From: Candidatus Latescibacterota bacterium
GTDB taxonomy: Bacteria; Latescibacterota; UBA2968; UBA8231
Reading direction: 5' to 3'
NCBI GenBank assembly: GCA_965223905.1
Contig: CBDCXV010000009.1
Location: 544,001-608,000, forward strand
DNA: 64,000 bases
Each line of letters opens with the position of its first letter. Positions within the stretch are counted from its first letter, which is position 1. A program made the translations under genes and the position numbers. Positions 1 through 11,004 of this stretch are shown here, piece after piece. The notes under the pieces are model-generated. The model did not search any database. It was given only the letters and a program-made list of their open reading frames with translations, and was not told where the DNA came from.

Positions 1-750
1 TTGCGTTTCAGTGTCGAAGGGGTAGGGGAATTACGGGAAGAAGAGAATCGTTTAAATTTCACTTTTTCTCGACAAATCGCACAGAGTTTGCAGCCGTTTT
101 CGGAAGCTTTCTATTTAGAATCTCCGATCTATTGGAAACTAAAAAGTGCTTTAGAATCGATCAAGCTCGATTCTCGTTCCTTTTTTAGAACTTTAAACGG
201 AGTTCCGGACTATTTCTACGACATGGTAGTTGCCCTCAGAAGAGAGCGGACGGAACATCCTTTACATCCATTTGCCGGGATATATGAAAATCTGAATACC
301 GCAATTAACGGACGGATTTCTTTAAATGAAGCCGGAAATCTAGAATTTCAACAAAATAAAAAGCCAATTTCCCTCTCCCTCACATCAGGAGGGGTCGCAA
401 ATATGGGAATTCTTGCCCTGTTGGTTGAGCGAGGGGCCTTGGACCGAGGGTCCTTCCTTTTTATTGATGAACCAGAATCGAATCTCCATCCAGCATGGCA
501 AGTTGAAATGGCGAAATTCCTATTTGAACTCGCCCGTCAGGGAATCAATGTGGTGGTTTCCACCCATAGCATGACGTTCCTCAAGTGGATTGAGGTACAA
601 GTAAAGGGAAAGCCAGAAGACCGAGAGCTCGTTAAGTTGAATAAATTTCCACCAGATGCACAATGGAACCATGACATGGACGCGGTGATGACAGAAGTCA
701 AACAGTCCTTGACCAAGCCCTTTTCTGACCTCTACATAGAGGGGTTATAG
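1..750 (+). CDS. ABC/AAA_15-AAA_21-type ATPase, 5'-truncated by the window edge
   Basis: Signature-like TSGG, Walker B/D-loop FIDEPESNLHP and H-loop STHS. No Walker A in the window. AT-rich relative to core genes. Confidence 0.85.
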   Translation: MRFSVEGVGELREEENRLNFTFSRQIAQSLQPFSEAFYLESPIYWKLKSALESIKLDSRSFFRTLNGVPDYFYDMVVALRRERTEHPLHPFAGIYENLNTAINGRISLNEAGNLEFQQNKKPISLSLTSGGVANMGILALLVERGALDRGSFLFIDEPESNLHPAWQVEMAKFLFELARQGINVVVSTHSMTFLKWIEVQVKGKPEDRELVKLNKFPPDAQWNHDMDAVMTEVKQSLTKPFSDLYIEGL

Positions 751-751
751 A

Positions 752-1306
752 ATGATGCCCTTATCTCAATTTGTCGAGCCAATAGGGTCTGCTGGTGGCT
801 TCAACGCTTTTCGGATGGACAGTACAGTTAGTGGGTCTGACATGCGTCGGGCAGCCGGACTGGGAACATGCGAGTGTTGTGACTATGTTACCGTCAGCCA
901 AGACAAAGAAAGTATTGTTTTTATTGAAGAGACTGACTTAGATAGCACGATTGTTGAATTCAAACAGAAATTCAATTACTTAAATGACCAAGACCAAGTA
1001 GATATGCTCTACGACGAAGTTCTTAAAGAACATCGGCTTAAACTTTACGGGTCAATGTTGATTTTGTGTCGGCTATCCAGTTCACGAGAAGACGTAAAAG
1101 CCCTTTTTCCAGTTGATAAGTTCCAATTTTGGCTCGTAACGACCAGGGTTCAGGCCGATTCTGCTCTACTTATGGACTACCTAAATGAGAGATTGAAAGG
1201 GTTTTTAAAAAGTTCTTTACTCAAAGAAACGATGAGTGTTGTTCAAATTATACCCTCTAAAAGACTATTTGAGAAGCTGTCTACTCATGCACAACAAATC
1301 ACTTAA
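752..1306 (+). CDS. Hypothetical protein, possible PD-(D/E)xK-like nuclease partner of the ATPase
   Basis: Starts 1 nt after the ATPase stop with the same low GC. Motif CDYV...VFIEETD resembles the D...ExK core, with K replaced by T. Confidence 0.6.
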   Translation: MMPLSQFVEPIGSAGGFNAFRMDSTVSGSDMRRAAGLGTCECCDYVTVSQDKESIVFIEETDLDSTIVEFKQKFNYLNDQDQVDMLYDEVLKEHRLKLYGSMLILCRLSSSREDVKALFPVDKFQFWLVTTRVQADSALLMDYLNERLKGFLKSSLLKETMSVVQIIPSKRLFEKLSTHAQQIT

Positions 1307-1338
1307 ACAGTTTTCCAATTTGGAAGCGCTTTACGACG

Positions 1339-1560
1339 TGGACAGTGATGGTAATTCCCTGACACCCGCCCCCTGCCCGGGGTAGTTGTTCCAGGCTGCG
1401 TTTTTTTCCACTGCTTTCCCCTTGTCTCGGGGCTTGGTTGTGAGCCCTTTCTTGAACGCCTGCAGCGGGGTCATGCCCTTCATGCTGCCGCCCTGATGCG
1501 GCCGTTTCTCGTTGTACTGGACCAGGTATGCATCCAGGTCCTTTTGCATGTGGTCCAGCG
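1339..1560 (-). mobile_element. IS481-family remnant (transposase C-terminus plus right end)
   Basis: Translation QKDLDAYLVQYNEKRPHQG..MKGMTPLQAF is the typical integrase-core C-terminus. Minus-strand TGTCAGGGAATTACCATCACTGTCCA (1364-1339) resembles an IS481 terminal repeat. Confidence 0.7.
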
Positions 1561-1993
1561 ATTATACCACGATGTTAGGCCCCTTTTTTTGGACTCTCGG
1601 CCAAGGCGCTGAGCGCATGGCAAGGGTCAGGCAGGTCCCCCCTGAGGGACTTTCGTGAGAGCTCGCAGGGCGGTTTTGTTTTCTGTTGGCCCTTATCAGG
1701 ATCAATCCGGGGTCCTGAGGGATCGTTGAGGGCACACACATCCGTCGGGCCGGTGCCGGAGGCGGGTCGAGAAGGCAGGTCAGGCGGTGAACTGGAACCG
1801 CGGCTCCGGCGGGGCCTTCGCCGGGGCCAATGCCGGGGGCCGGGCCGCGGACCCGGTGCTCTCTGCCGGCGCCGTCCCGTGCTTGTTCCTCTACCGCAGT
1901 GACCTGGCCTGAAGCGACATCTTCGAACCGCTTGTATCTTCCTGACACATAAAACCCATTCCAGACCCCTGACCCCCAGGAGACAACCGAATC

Positions 1994-3481
1994 GTGCCAT
2001 CCGTCCGCCTTCGCATAGCCCCTTCGCCGACCGGAGCCCCCCACGTGGGCACCGCCTACATCTCCCTGTTCAACATGGCCTTCGCCCGCCGCTGCGGGGG
2101 CAAGCTGGTGCTGCGCATAGAGGACACCGACCGGGCGCGGTCCTCCGACGAGCACGAGCGGCGCCTGATGGAGGCGCTGCGCTGGGCCGGCATCGAGTGG
2201 CAGGAGGGCCCCGACCTCGGCGGGCCTCACGGTCCCTACCGGCAGAGCGAACGGATCGAGGTCTACTCGGGGTACGCGAAGCAGCTCGTCGACCAGGGCC
2301 GCGCTTACTATTCCTTCACGACCCCTGAGGAGCTGGCCGCCTGGCGGAAGCGCAAGGACTCGGGCGAGCCGGCCCCGTACGAGGCGGAGCGCGAGCAATC
2401 GACCGAGGCGGCGCGGAAGCGGATCGACGCGGGGACTGCGCACGTGATCCGCATGAAAACCCCGCGCGAGGGATCGGTAACGGTCACCGACACGTTGCGC
2501 GGGGAGATCCCGTTCGACCTGGCGGGCCTCGACGACCAGGTGCTGCTGAAGTCGGACGGGTTCCCCACCTATCATCTCGCGGTCGTCGTCGACGATCACC
2601 TGATGGAGATCAGCCACGTCATCCGCGGCGAGGAGTGGATTCCGTCGACGCCGAAACACCTGCTGCTCTACGACTGGCTGGGCTGGGACCCTCCGGAGCA
2701 CACCCATCTGCCGCTGCTGCTCAACCCGGACCGCTCCAAGATGTCGAAGCGGCGCAACCCGACCTCCATCGACTTCTACCGCCGCGCCGGGTACCTGCCG
2801 GAGGCGCTGCTCAACTACCTGGCGCTGATGGCCTACCCGCCGGGGGAGGGGGGCGAGGAGAAATTCCCGCTGTTCGAGCTGGTCGACCGTTTCGATCTCG
2901 GGCGGATCAACCTCGGCGGCTCGGTGTTCGACCTCGAGAAGCTGAGCTGGCTCAACGGCCGCTACATCCGCGAGGACCTCACCGCCGGGGAGCTGCTGGA
3001 TCGCCTGAAGGAATGGGCCCTGAACGACGGTTTCATCGGCCAGATGATCCCCCTGATGCAGCCGCGCATGCAGACCCTCGGGGATTTCATGCCGGCCTGC
3101 TCCTTCTTCTTTGCCCGCGAGGTGGAGCCGGCGGCGGAGGATCTCGTTCCCAAAAAGCGGCAGCCCGCGGAGGCGGCGCAGATGCTGCTGACCGCGGTCT
3201 GGGCGCTTCAGGAGGTCTCGCCCTGGAATGTCTCCGGGGTCGAGGCGGCGGTTCATGGGGTGAGCTCGTTCTGGGAGTGGCCGGTGCGCGAGGTGACCCG
3301 GCCGATGTTCGCGGCGCTCATGGGACGGCCGGTCGGGCCCCCGCTGTACGAGTCGATCGTCCTGCTCGACATCGACCTGACGCGGGCGCGGCTGCAGGCC
3401 GCGGTGGGAGTGCTCGGGGGGGTCTCCAGGAAAAAGGAGCGGGCCCTGGAGAAGGAGTGGTCTTCCCGGGGTGGGAGCTAG
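1994..3481 (+). CDS. gltX: Glutamate--tRNA ligase
   Basis: RIAPSPTGAPHVG (HIGH motif), LRIEDTD, HVIRGEEW, KMSKR. GTG start with upstream AGGAG. Confidence 0.97.
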   Translation: MPSVRLRIAPSPTGAPHVGTAYISLFNMAFARRCGGKLVLRIEDTDRARSSDEHERRLMEALRWAGIEWQEGPDLGGPHGPYRQSERIEVYSGYAKQLVDQGRAYYSFTTPEELAAWRKRKDSGEPAPYEAEREQSTEAARKRIDAGTAHVIRMKTPREGSVTVTDTLRGEIPFDLAGLDDQVLLKSDGFPTYHLAVVVDDHLMEISHVIRGEEWIPSTPKHLLLYDWLGWDPPEHTHLPLLLNPDRSKMSKRRNPTSIDFYRRAGYLPEALLNYLALMAYPPGEGGEEKFPLFELVDRFDLGRINLGGSVFDLEKLSWLNGRYIREDLTAGELLDRLKEWALNDGFIGQMIPLMQPRMQTLGDFMPACSFFFAREVEPAAEDLVPKKRQPAEAAQMLLTAVWALQEVSPWNVSGVEAAVHGVSSFWEWPVREVTRPMFAALMGRPVGPPLYESIVLLDIDLTRARLQAAVGVLGGVSRKKERALEKEWSSRGGS

Positions 3482-3555
3482 CCTCAGAGGCCCGGAGCCA
3501 AGGGCACGGTGTTATGTGTGTGTGCCCTGGGGAATTGGCAATAGGGGAATCGGAA

Positions 3556-3832
3556 TTACCGAATCCTTAGTTCCAAGCGGCGGCCAAGTGCGTCCATCAC
3601 CTTCCGCAGCGTGGAAAGTTTGATGTCCTCGGCGTGGTTCTCCAAGCGAGAAATAGCCGTTTTCTTCGTGCCAATCCGGTCCGCCAACTGCTCTTGGGTA
3701 AGACCGGCCGCTTCGCGGGCTTGCTTAAGCAAGAATACCTATCTCGAAATCGCGATAGCCTGTCTCAAACCCCGCCGCGAACTCGGCGTCCGCCTGCTTT
3801 CTAGCAGAGATATACCGCTCAACATCGCTCAT
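3556..3832 (-). pseudogene. Frameshifted XRE/HTH antitoxin (HigA-like)
   Basis: GGAG-ATG MSDVERYISARKQADAEFAAGFETGYRDFEIGIL, then one extra base near 3730, then LKQAREAAGLTQEQLADRIGTKKTAISRLENHAEDIKLSTLRKVMDALGRRLELRIR*. Confidence 0.8.
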
Positions 3833-3971
3833 AACGCTCCTCTCCTGCGTGCCAAATATTCCTGCCGATACCGCGAACCGCGTTCACTTCGAGTTGGACG
3901 CCCTCGTGCTGCTGAATTCGGCTGATGACCTCGAAAAGGTTGCGGGCGTGCGGATTGCCGGACGGTCCGAG
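3829..3971 (-). pseudogene. Two fused toxin-antitoxin fragments (toxin C-terminal tail; C-terminus of a second addiction-module antidote)
   Basis: RYRQEYLARRRGAL* ends in an ATGA overlap with the antitoxin start. Upstream, LGPSGNPHARNLFEVISRIQQHEGVQLEV has no start codon. Confidence 0.55.
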
Positions 3972-3987
3972 CCGGCTGTAGAACCGG

Positions 3988-5691
<1,704 letters not shown>

Positions 5692-5714
5692 GGGATCGGA
5701 ACCGTGCCGGCGGA

Positions 5715-6644
5715 CTAGCGGATCAGCCAGGGGCTGTCCGGCGGGCGGAACTCATCCTTGGGGGGAAGGAACTGGCGCAGGTGCCGGCAGCCGTAGGCGA
5801 ACCCCTCGAGGCCGGGCATGCCGCGGTCCTCGTTCTCGCAGCAGAGGACGTAGTCGTACCCCGACTCTACCAGGGCGTTGGTGATCTTGGCCCAGTCGAG
5901 ATCGCCGCGGCCCGGCACGCGGTACTGCCACCACCAGTTGCCGATGACGCCCTGGCGGTAGAGCATGCGCGGGCTCACCTCGCAGTCCTTGACGTCGGCG
6001 AAGTACCACTTGCCGGCGTACTCGCGGATGACGTCCTCGGCCGGCAGGATCATCATCCAGACCCAGTGCGAGGGATCGCACGAAAGGCCGAGGTAGTCGG
6101 AGGGCACCGCGTCGAGGATGCGGTCCCACATCTCCGGGTTGCAGCCGATGTTGCCCATGCGCACGGCCACGTCGAGGGCGATCCTGACCCCGGTTTCCTC
6201 GGCTTCCCGTGCGATCGGCGTGAACATCTCACGGTAGCGTTCGACGAGCTCGTCGCAGCGGTCGGTCGGGTTGCCCGGGGGGGAGGAGTACATGCCGTAG
6301 AAGACGCCGTTCCTGACCGGGGCGCCGCTGCCGGTGATCACCACGGGGCACTCGAGCGCCGCGGCCGAGCGCAAGGCCTTCTTCAGGCGCAGCGACTGCT
6401 GCTCGCGCACCTCGGCGTCGTCGTCGAGGAGGTTGCAGTGGGCGGCGATGCAGGAGAGGTAGAGATCGCGGTTGGAGAAGGTCTCCCGCACCTCGGCGGG
6501 TCCTTCCGTGAGGATTCGGTCGGAATCGAGCACGCCGTTGTCGGTCAGGCGGACGCAGTCGAAATCGTGCGCCCTGGCCCAGGCGGCGCACTCTCCGAGG
6601 CTCCAGCCGCCGGCTCCCGCGGTGGTGTAGAAACTGATGTCCAT
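5715..6644 (-). CDS. Sugar phosphate isomerase/epimerase (AP endonuclease 2 TIM-barrel family)
   Basis: [36 protein letters not shown]. Some metal ligands are atypical (D where E/H is usual). Confidence 0.8.
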   Translation of the reverse strand: MDISFYTTAGAGGWSLGECAAWARAHDFDCVRLTDNGVLDSDRILTEGPAEVRETFSNRDLYLSCIAAHCNLLDDDAEVREQQSLRLKKALRSAAALECPVVITGSGAPVRNGVFYGMYSSPPGNPTDRCDELVERYREMFTPIAREAEETGVRIALDVAVRMGNIGCNPEMWDRILDAVPSDYLGLSCDPSHWVWMMILPAEDVIREYAGKWYFADVKDCEVSPRMLYRQGVIGNWWWQYRVPGRGDLDWAKITNALVESGYDYVLCCENEDRGMPGLEGFAYGCRHLRQFLPPKDEFRPPDSPWLIR

Positions 6645-6763
6645 AGAGGTTCGGGATTTCCCTGAAGAGCGGCGGAGCTTGAGCCCGTTCGGCGCCGGGC
6701 CCTAGATTGGAACTCGCTCTCACCGCGAATGAACGAACGAACAGAAATAAGAAAGGCCACGGC

Positions 6764-7990
6764 ATGGCTCTCATCAACGAACACTACCTGAAGCTCACCG
6801 CCGGATACCTGTTCCCGGAGATCGCGCGCCGCACCGGCGCCTTCCAGGAGAAGCATCCCGGCGCCGACGTCATCCGCATGGGGATCGGCGACGTGGTCAA
6901 GGGGATTCCCCGGGTCGTCGCCGAGGCGATGAAGGAAGCGGTCGAGGAGATGGCGCACGACGAGTCGTTCCAAGGCTACCCCCCGGGCGAGGGGTACGAC
7001 TTCCTGATCGAGGCGATCGTCGAGCACGAGTACGCCTCGCGCGGGGTCGAGGTCGCCGCCGACGAGGTGATCGTGTCGGACGGGTCCAAGTGCGATTCCG
7101 CCAACATCCAGGAGATCTTCGCCATCGACAACACCGTCGCCCTCACCGACCCGGTCTACCCGGTCTACTGCGACAGCAACGTCATGGCCGGCCGCACCGG
7201 AGACGCCGGGGACGACGGCCGCTATGCCGGCCTGGTTTACCTGCCGTGCACGGCGGAATCCGGGTTTCTGCCGCCGCTTCCCGACGGCCACGCCGACCTC
7301 GTCTATCTCTGCTCGCCGAACAACCCGACGGGGGCGGTGATGCCGCGCGAGGTGCTGGGCGAGTGGGTCGAGTACGCCCGCGCCAAGAGCGCCGTCCTCT
7401 TCTTCGACGCCGCCTACGAGGGGTACATCTCCGATCCCGGGATTCCGCACTCCATCTACGAGATCGACGGGGCCCGCGAGGTCGCCGTCGAAATGCGCTC
7501 GTTCTCGAAGAGCGCCGGTTTCACCGGCCTGCGCTGCGCCTTCACGGTCGTTCCGAAAGAGCTGCGAGCCTTCTCCGCCTCGGGAGAGGGCCACTCCCTG
7601 CACGCCGCCTGGGTGCGCCGGCACAACACCAAGTTCAACGGCGTTTCCTACCCGGTACAGCGGGGGGCTGCGGCTTCCTACTCGCCGGAGGGCCGCGGCG
7701 CCACCGCGGAGATGATCTCCTTCTACATGGAGAACGCGCGGCATATGAAGGAGCGCCTGTCCGCCTGCGGCTACGTGGTGTACGGCGGCGAAAACGCCCC
7801 CTACCTGTGGATCGCCACCCCGGAGGGCATCGACAGCTGGGGCTTCTTCGATATCCTGCTCGAAGAGGCCCACGTCGTCGGCACTCCGGGCTCCGGGTTC
7901 GGGGCCGCCGGAGAAGGGTACCTGCGCCTGTCCGCCTTCCAGCACCGCGAAGCGGTCGAAGAGGCCCTGGCTCGCATCGCCGCTCTCTGA
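6764..7990 (+). CDS. dapL: LL-diaminopimelate aminotransferase
   Basis: [42 protein letters not shown] (PLP Lys), [14 protein letters not shown]. Confidence 0.95.
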   Translation: MALINEHYLKLTAGYLFPEIARRTGAFQEKHPGADVIRMGIGDVVKGIPRVVAEAMKEAVEEMAHDESFQGYPPGEGYDFLIEAIVEHEYASRGVEVAADEVIVSDGSKCDSANIQEIFAIDNTVALTDPVYPVYCDSNVMAGRTGDAGDDGRYAGLVYLPCTAESGFLPPLPDGHADLVYLCSPNNPTGAVMPREVLGEWVEYARAKSAVLFFDAAYEGYISDPGIPHSIYEIDGAREVAVEMRSFSKSAGFTGLRCAFTVVPKELRAFSASGEGHSLHAAWVRRHNTKFNGVSYPVQRGAAASYSPEGRGATAEMISFYMENARHMKERLSACGYVVYGGENAPYLWIATPEGIDSWGFFDILLEEAHVVGTPGSGFGAAGEGYLRLSAFQHREAVEEALARIAAL

Positions 7991-8106
7991 ATTCCCGGAG
8001 CGGATCGTTCCAGACCTCGCAACGCAGGAATCCCGCCTTCCAGTCCCTCTGGCCATACTCTCCGACCGGGCAGCCGGGTAACGGCGGTGAAATTGTGTCC
8101 GGGGGG

Positions 8107-8136
8107 TTGACAGTTCCGTGTCGAAATCGTTACACT
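8107..8136 (+). promoter_or_regulatory. sigma70-type promoter for the RHH-nadA operon
   Basis: TTGACA-18 nt-TACACT, followed by an AT-rich leader. Confidence 0.7.
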
Positions 8137-8255
8137 ATCACACATTCAGAAATAAACAATTATTGCATAGTTATTAACTAATTTCGGCCGGGGAAACCCG
8201 GGAAAGTCCATTTGAAATGCAACATCCTCGACAAACCCGAAAGACGAAGAGATCG

Positions 8256-8450
8256 ATGAACGGAAAGGCGAGATCGAGAACTTTCTCGGCGACCGAGAGA
8301 GATTTTGAGATGCTCGAAGCGGTGGCTCGCTATCACGGCTCAAGCAAGAGTGCGGCGATCGCGGGACTGATCAGAAAGGAGTTCTGGCGCGTATTTCCGC
8401 ACGGAACCGAGGAGATCACCCCTGACCCGGGAGCCAAGGTGGAATCATGA
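8256..8450 (+). CDS. Small CopG/ribbon-helix-helix DNA-binding protein
   Basis: RSRTFSAT (strand)-ERDFEMLEAVARYH-G-SSKSAAIAGLIRKEF (helix-turn-helix B) matches the CopG pattern. Stop overlaps the nadA start (ATGA). Confidence 0.75.
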   Translation: MNGKARSRTFSATERDFEMLEAVARYHGSSKSAAIAGLIRKEFWRVFPHGTEEITPDPGAKVES

Positions 8451-9433
8451 GCGAAGTCGAAACGACCGGCGTCGCCGGACACTACCACTATACCGACCTG
8501 CCGCACGAGGAGCTCGTCTCCCAGATCGACCGCCTGCGTCAGGAGAAGAATGCCGTAATCCTCGCCCACAACTACCAGGTGCCGGAGGTTCAGGATATCG
8601 CCGACTTCACCGGCGATTCCCTCGGACTGTCGGTGGAAGCCAGCCGCACCGACGCGGACCTGATAGTGTTCTGCGGCGTTCACTTCATGGCGGAATCCGC
8701 CAAGATCCTGAGCCCGGGCAAGACCGTCCTGCTGCCGCATCTCGGGGCCGGCTGCGCCCTGTCCGACTCGATCACCCCGGAGAGCCTCGACGAGTGGAAG
8801 GAGATGTACCCCGGGTACACGGTGGTCACCTACGTCAACTCCTCGGCGGAAGTGAAAGCGGAGTCGGACATCTGCTGCACCTCGGCGAACGCCGTCTCCG
8901 TCGTCCGCAGCCTCGACAGCGACAAGGTGCTGTTCACCCCCGATCGCAACCTCGGCCGCTGGGTGGCCGAGCAGGTCCCGGAGAAGGAGGTGGCGATCTA
9001 CGACGGCGTCTGCCCGACCCACGACGTGCTGCGCCAGGCGAGTGTCGATCGCACCCGGGGGGAGTACCCGGAAGCGGTCATCATCGCCCATCCGGAATGC
9101 CGCGAGGACGTGGTGGCCTCCGCGCACGAGGTCTGCTCGACGACCGGCATGCTCGACGCCGTGGGGCGCTACCCGGAAGCGGAGACTTTCATCATCGCCA
9201 CCGAGAGCGGCCTCATCCACCAACTGAAGAAACGCTACCCCGGCAAGGAGTTCGTGCCCGCGGACGGCTGTATCGGCTGCCGCCTGCACTGTCCGTACAT
9301 GAAGGTCACCGGCCTCCAGGACGTGTATTTTTCGCTTGCCGACGAGCGCTACGAGATCCAGCTGGACGACGACGTTATCGAGGGGGCGCGGCGCTCCCTC
9401 GAACGGATGATGGCGGTGCCGAGAGACAACTGA
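8447..9433 (+). CDS. nadA: Quinolinate synthase
   Basis: ILAHNYQ, GDSL, FCGVHFMAE, AGCAL, YVNS, CTSANA, CPTH, AHPEC, CPYMK. Confidence 0.97.
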   Translation: MSEVETTGVAGHYHYTDLPHEELVSQIDRLRQEKNAVILAHNYQVPEVQDIADFTGDSLGLSVEASRTDADLIVFCGVHFMAESAKILSPGKTVLLPHLGAGCALSDSITPESLDEWKEMYPGYTVVTYVNSSAEVKAESDICCTSANAVSVVRSLDSDKVLFTPDRNLGRWVAEQVPEKEVAIYDGVCPTHDVLRQASVDRTRGEYPEAVIIAHPECREDVVASAHEVCSTTGMLDAVGRYPEAETFIIATESGLIHQLKKRYPGKEFVPADGCIGCRLHCPYMKVTGLQDVYFSLADERYEIQLDDDVIEGARRSLERMMAVPRDN

Positions 9434-9579
9434 CCGGGTGATGCATGGGCGGCCAGGCTGACGGCCGCGTTGTTCGAACTCGAGCCCAATAAGTCAGCCG
9501 CCCCTTTTCCCGGGCGCCCTACCCCACGCCGCCGGCTTCGGCGGTGTTTCCGTCCTTACACCAGCGAGGATTCAAAAAC

Positions 9580-10443
9580 ATGAAAGCAGGATCGGGTGAT
9601 TTCGTGTACGAGTACGTCGAGGGCTGGCCGCAGGTGCCGGCCGACATCGAGCTCGGATGGGTGGCTGCGGTTGCCGTGGATGCCGACGACAGGGTTTTCG
9701 TCTACAGCCGCAGCGAGGTGCCGATGGTGCTGTTCGACCGGGAGGGCAACTTCCTCGACGGCTGGCGCGACGGCATTCTCGACGCCGAGGCGGCTCACGG
9801 GCTGAATTTCGACGCCGGCGGGAACCTCTGGTGCACGGAGTACGCCAGCCACTGCGTCCGCAAGATGTCCCCGTCCGGAGAGGAGCTTCTGACCATCGGC
9901 ACACCCGGGAAACCCGGTGCGGAAGGGGACCCGTTCCGGCGCCCGACCGACGTCGCTTTCGACTCGCAGGGGTTTCTCTACATATCGGACGGCTACGACA
10001 ACGCCCGGGTGCACAAGTACTCGGCCGCCGGCGAGCTGCTCAAATCCTGGGGGGAGCCGGGCAGCGGTCCGGGGCAGTTCGACATCTCCCACTGCGTCCG
10101 CGTCGACCGCGACGACCGCGTCATGGTCTGCGACCGCTCCAACGACCGCATCCAGATTTTCGACACCGAGGGTAACTACCTCGAGGAGTGGGGGGACCTC
10201 AGCGAGCCGGACACGATCCACATCGACAACGACGGCATCGTCTACGTCGCCGAGCTCAACCAGCGCGTCAGCATCTACAACCTGCAGGGCGAGCTTCTGT
10301 GCCGCTGGGGCCGGGGGGAGCGCACCGATACCCCGGGAGAGTTCAAGGGCTGTCCCCACGGCATCTGGACCGACTCGCGGGGCGACCTCTACATCAGCGA
10401 GGTGCAGACCGACGGCAGGGTGCAGAAGTTCGTGCGCCAGTGA
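9580..10443 (+). CDS. NHL-repeat beta-propeller (peptidyl-alpha-hydroxyglycine lyase-like)
   Basis: Repeated GxxGxxPGxF..PxDVAxD..GxLYISD..N.RV units. Confidence 0.85.
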   Translation: MKAGSGDFVYEYVEGWPQVPADIELGWVAAVAVDADDRVFVYSRSEVPMVLFDREGNFLDGWRDGILDAEAAHGLNFDAGGNLWCTEYASHCVRKMSPSGEELLTIGTPGKPGAEGDPFRRPTDVAFDSQGFLYISDGYDNARVHKYSAAGELLKSWGEPGSGPGQFDISHCVRVDRDDRVMVCDRSNDRIQIFDTEGNYLEEWGDLSEPDTIHIDNDGIVYVAELNQRVSIYNLQGELLCRWGRGERTDTPGEFKGCPHGIWTDSRGDLYISEVQTDGRVQKFVRQ

Positions 10444-10503
10444 GGGGGCAGGGGCGCGGCGGCGAAAACCGCGCCGACTCCGATCAAACGATTGATATGC
10501 CGC

Positions 10504-11004
10504 TTACCCCAGGTAGGCTTGGGGTTCGTTGTCCGGTTCCCTGGCTTTGAGGTTCCTGTCCTTGGTCCAGATGTGCACCCGCCACTCCGGTCCCCGATAC
10601 CTGTCGCGCTTGAGTCTGCGGGCTTCGTCAATCAAGGTGCTGTCGCTCAAATCGATCCCTTCGTGTACGTGATTTTCGGCAAAGCTCACAACCAGTTCCT
10701 TGAAGACGTCGAGCTGTTTTGAAGGGACAACGGTCCACGGCGTTCCTTCGTCGATGCTGGATAGCACGGCATCTCGCACCTGCGAGGCCAATGACGCCCG
10801 AAGGTTGCCGTCACGGATATCAGAGATGTGCTCAGCCAACTCGTAAACGGACGGTATGGTGACATACAGCCGTGCTCCCTTCCTGGCGGCGCGGGCGGCG
10901 CGGTTGCGTATCTCGACAACTGCTTCTTCAGTAGAGCAACCTGGAACAGCGAATAGTTCCAGCAGGTAGCTTGTATCGATCACGTACACCGGCAACGAGT
11001 TCAC
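10504..11004 (-). CDS. PIN-domain protein (putative RNase)
   Basis: VIDTSYL, SVYEL, DLSDSTL, WTKDRNL supply the D/E/D/D acidic tetrad. GTG start overlaps the ATPase stop. Confidence 0.8.
   Translation of the reverse strand: MNSLPVYVIDTSYLLELFAVPGCSTEEAVVEIRNRAARAARKGARLYVTIPSVYELAEHISDIRDGNLRASLASQVRDAVLSSIDEGTPWTVVPSKQLDVFKELVVSFAENHVHEGIDLSDSTLIDEARRLKRDRYRGPEWRVHIWTKDRNLKAREPDNEPQAYLG

Noticed and set aside
1562-3256. 564-aa antisense ORF, and many similar long shadow ORFs opposite or overlapping glnS, dapL, xylA, the ABC genes and others
   Set aside because: They overlap well-supported genes, are Arg/Gly/Pro-rich without motifs, and are the expected by-product of high GC3.
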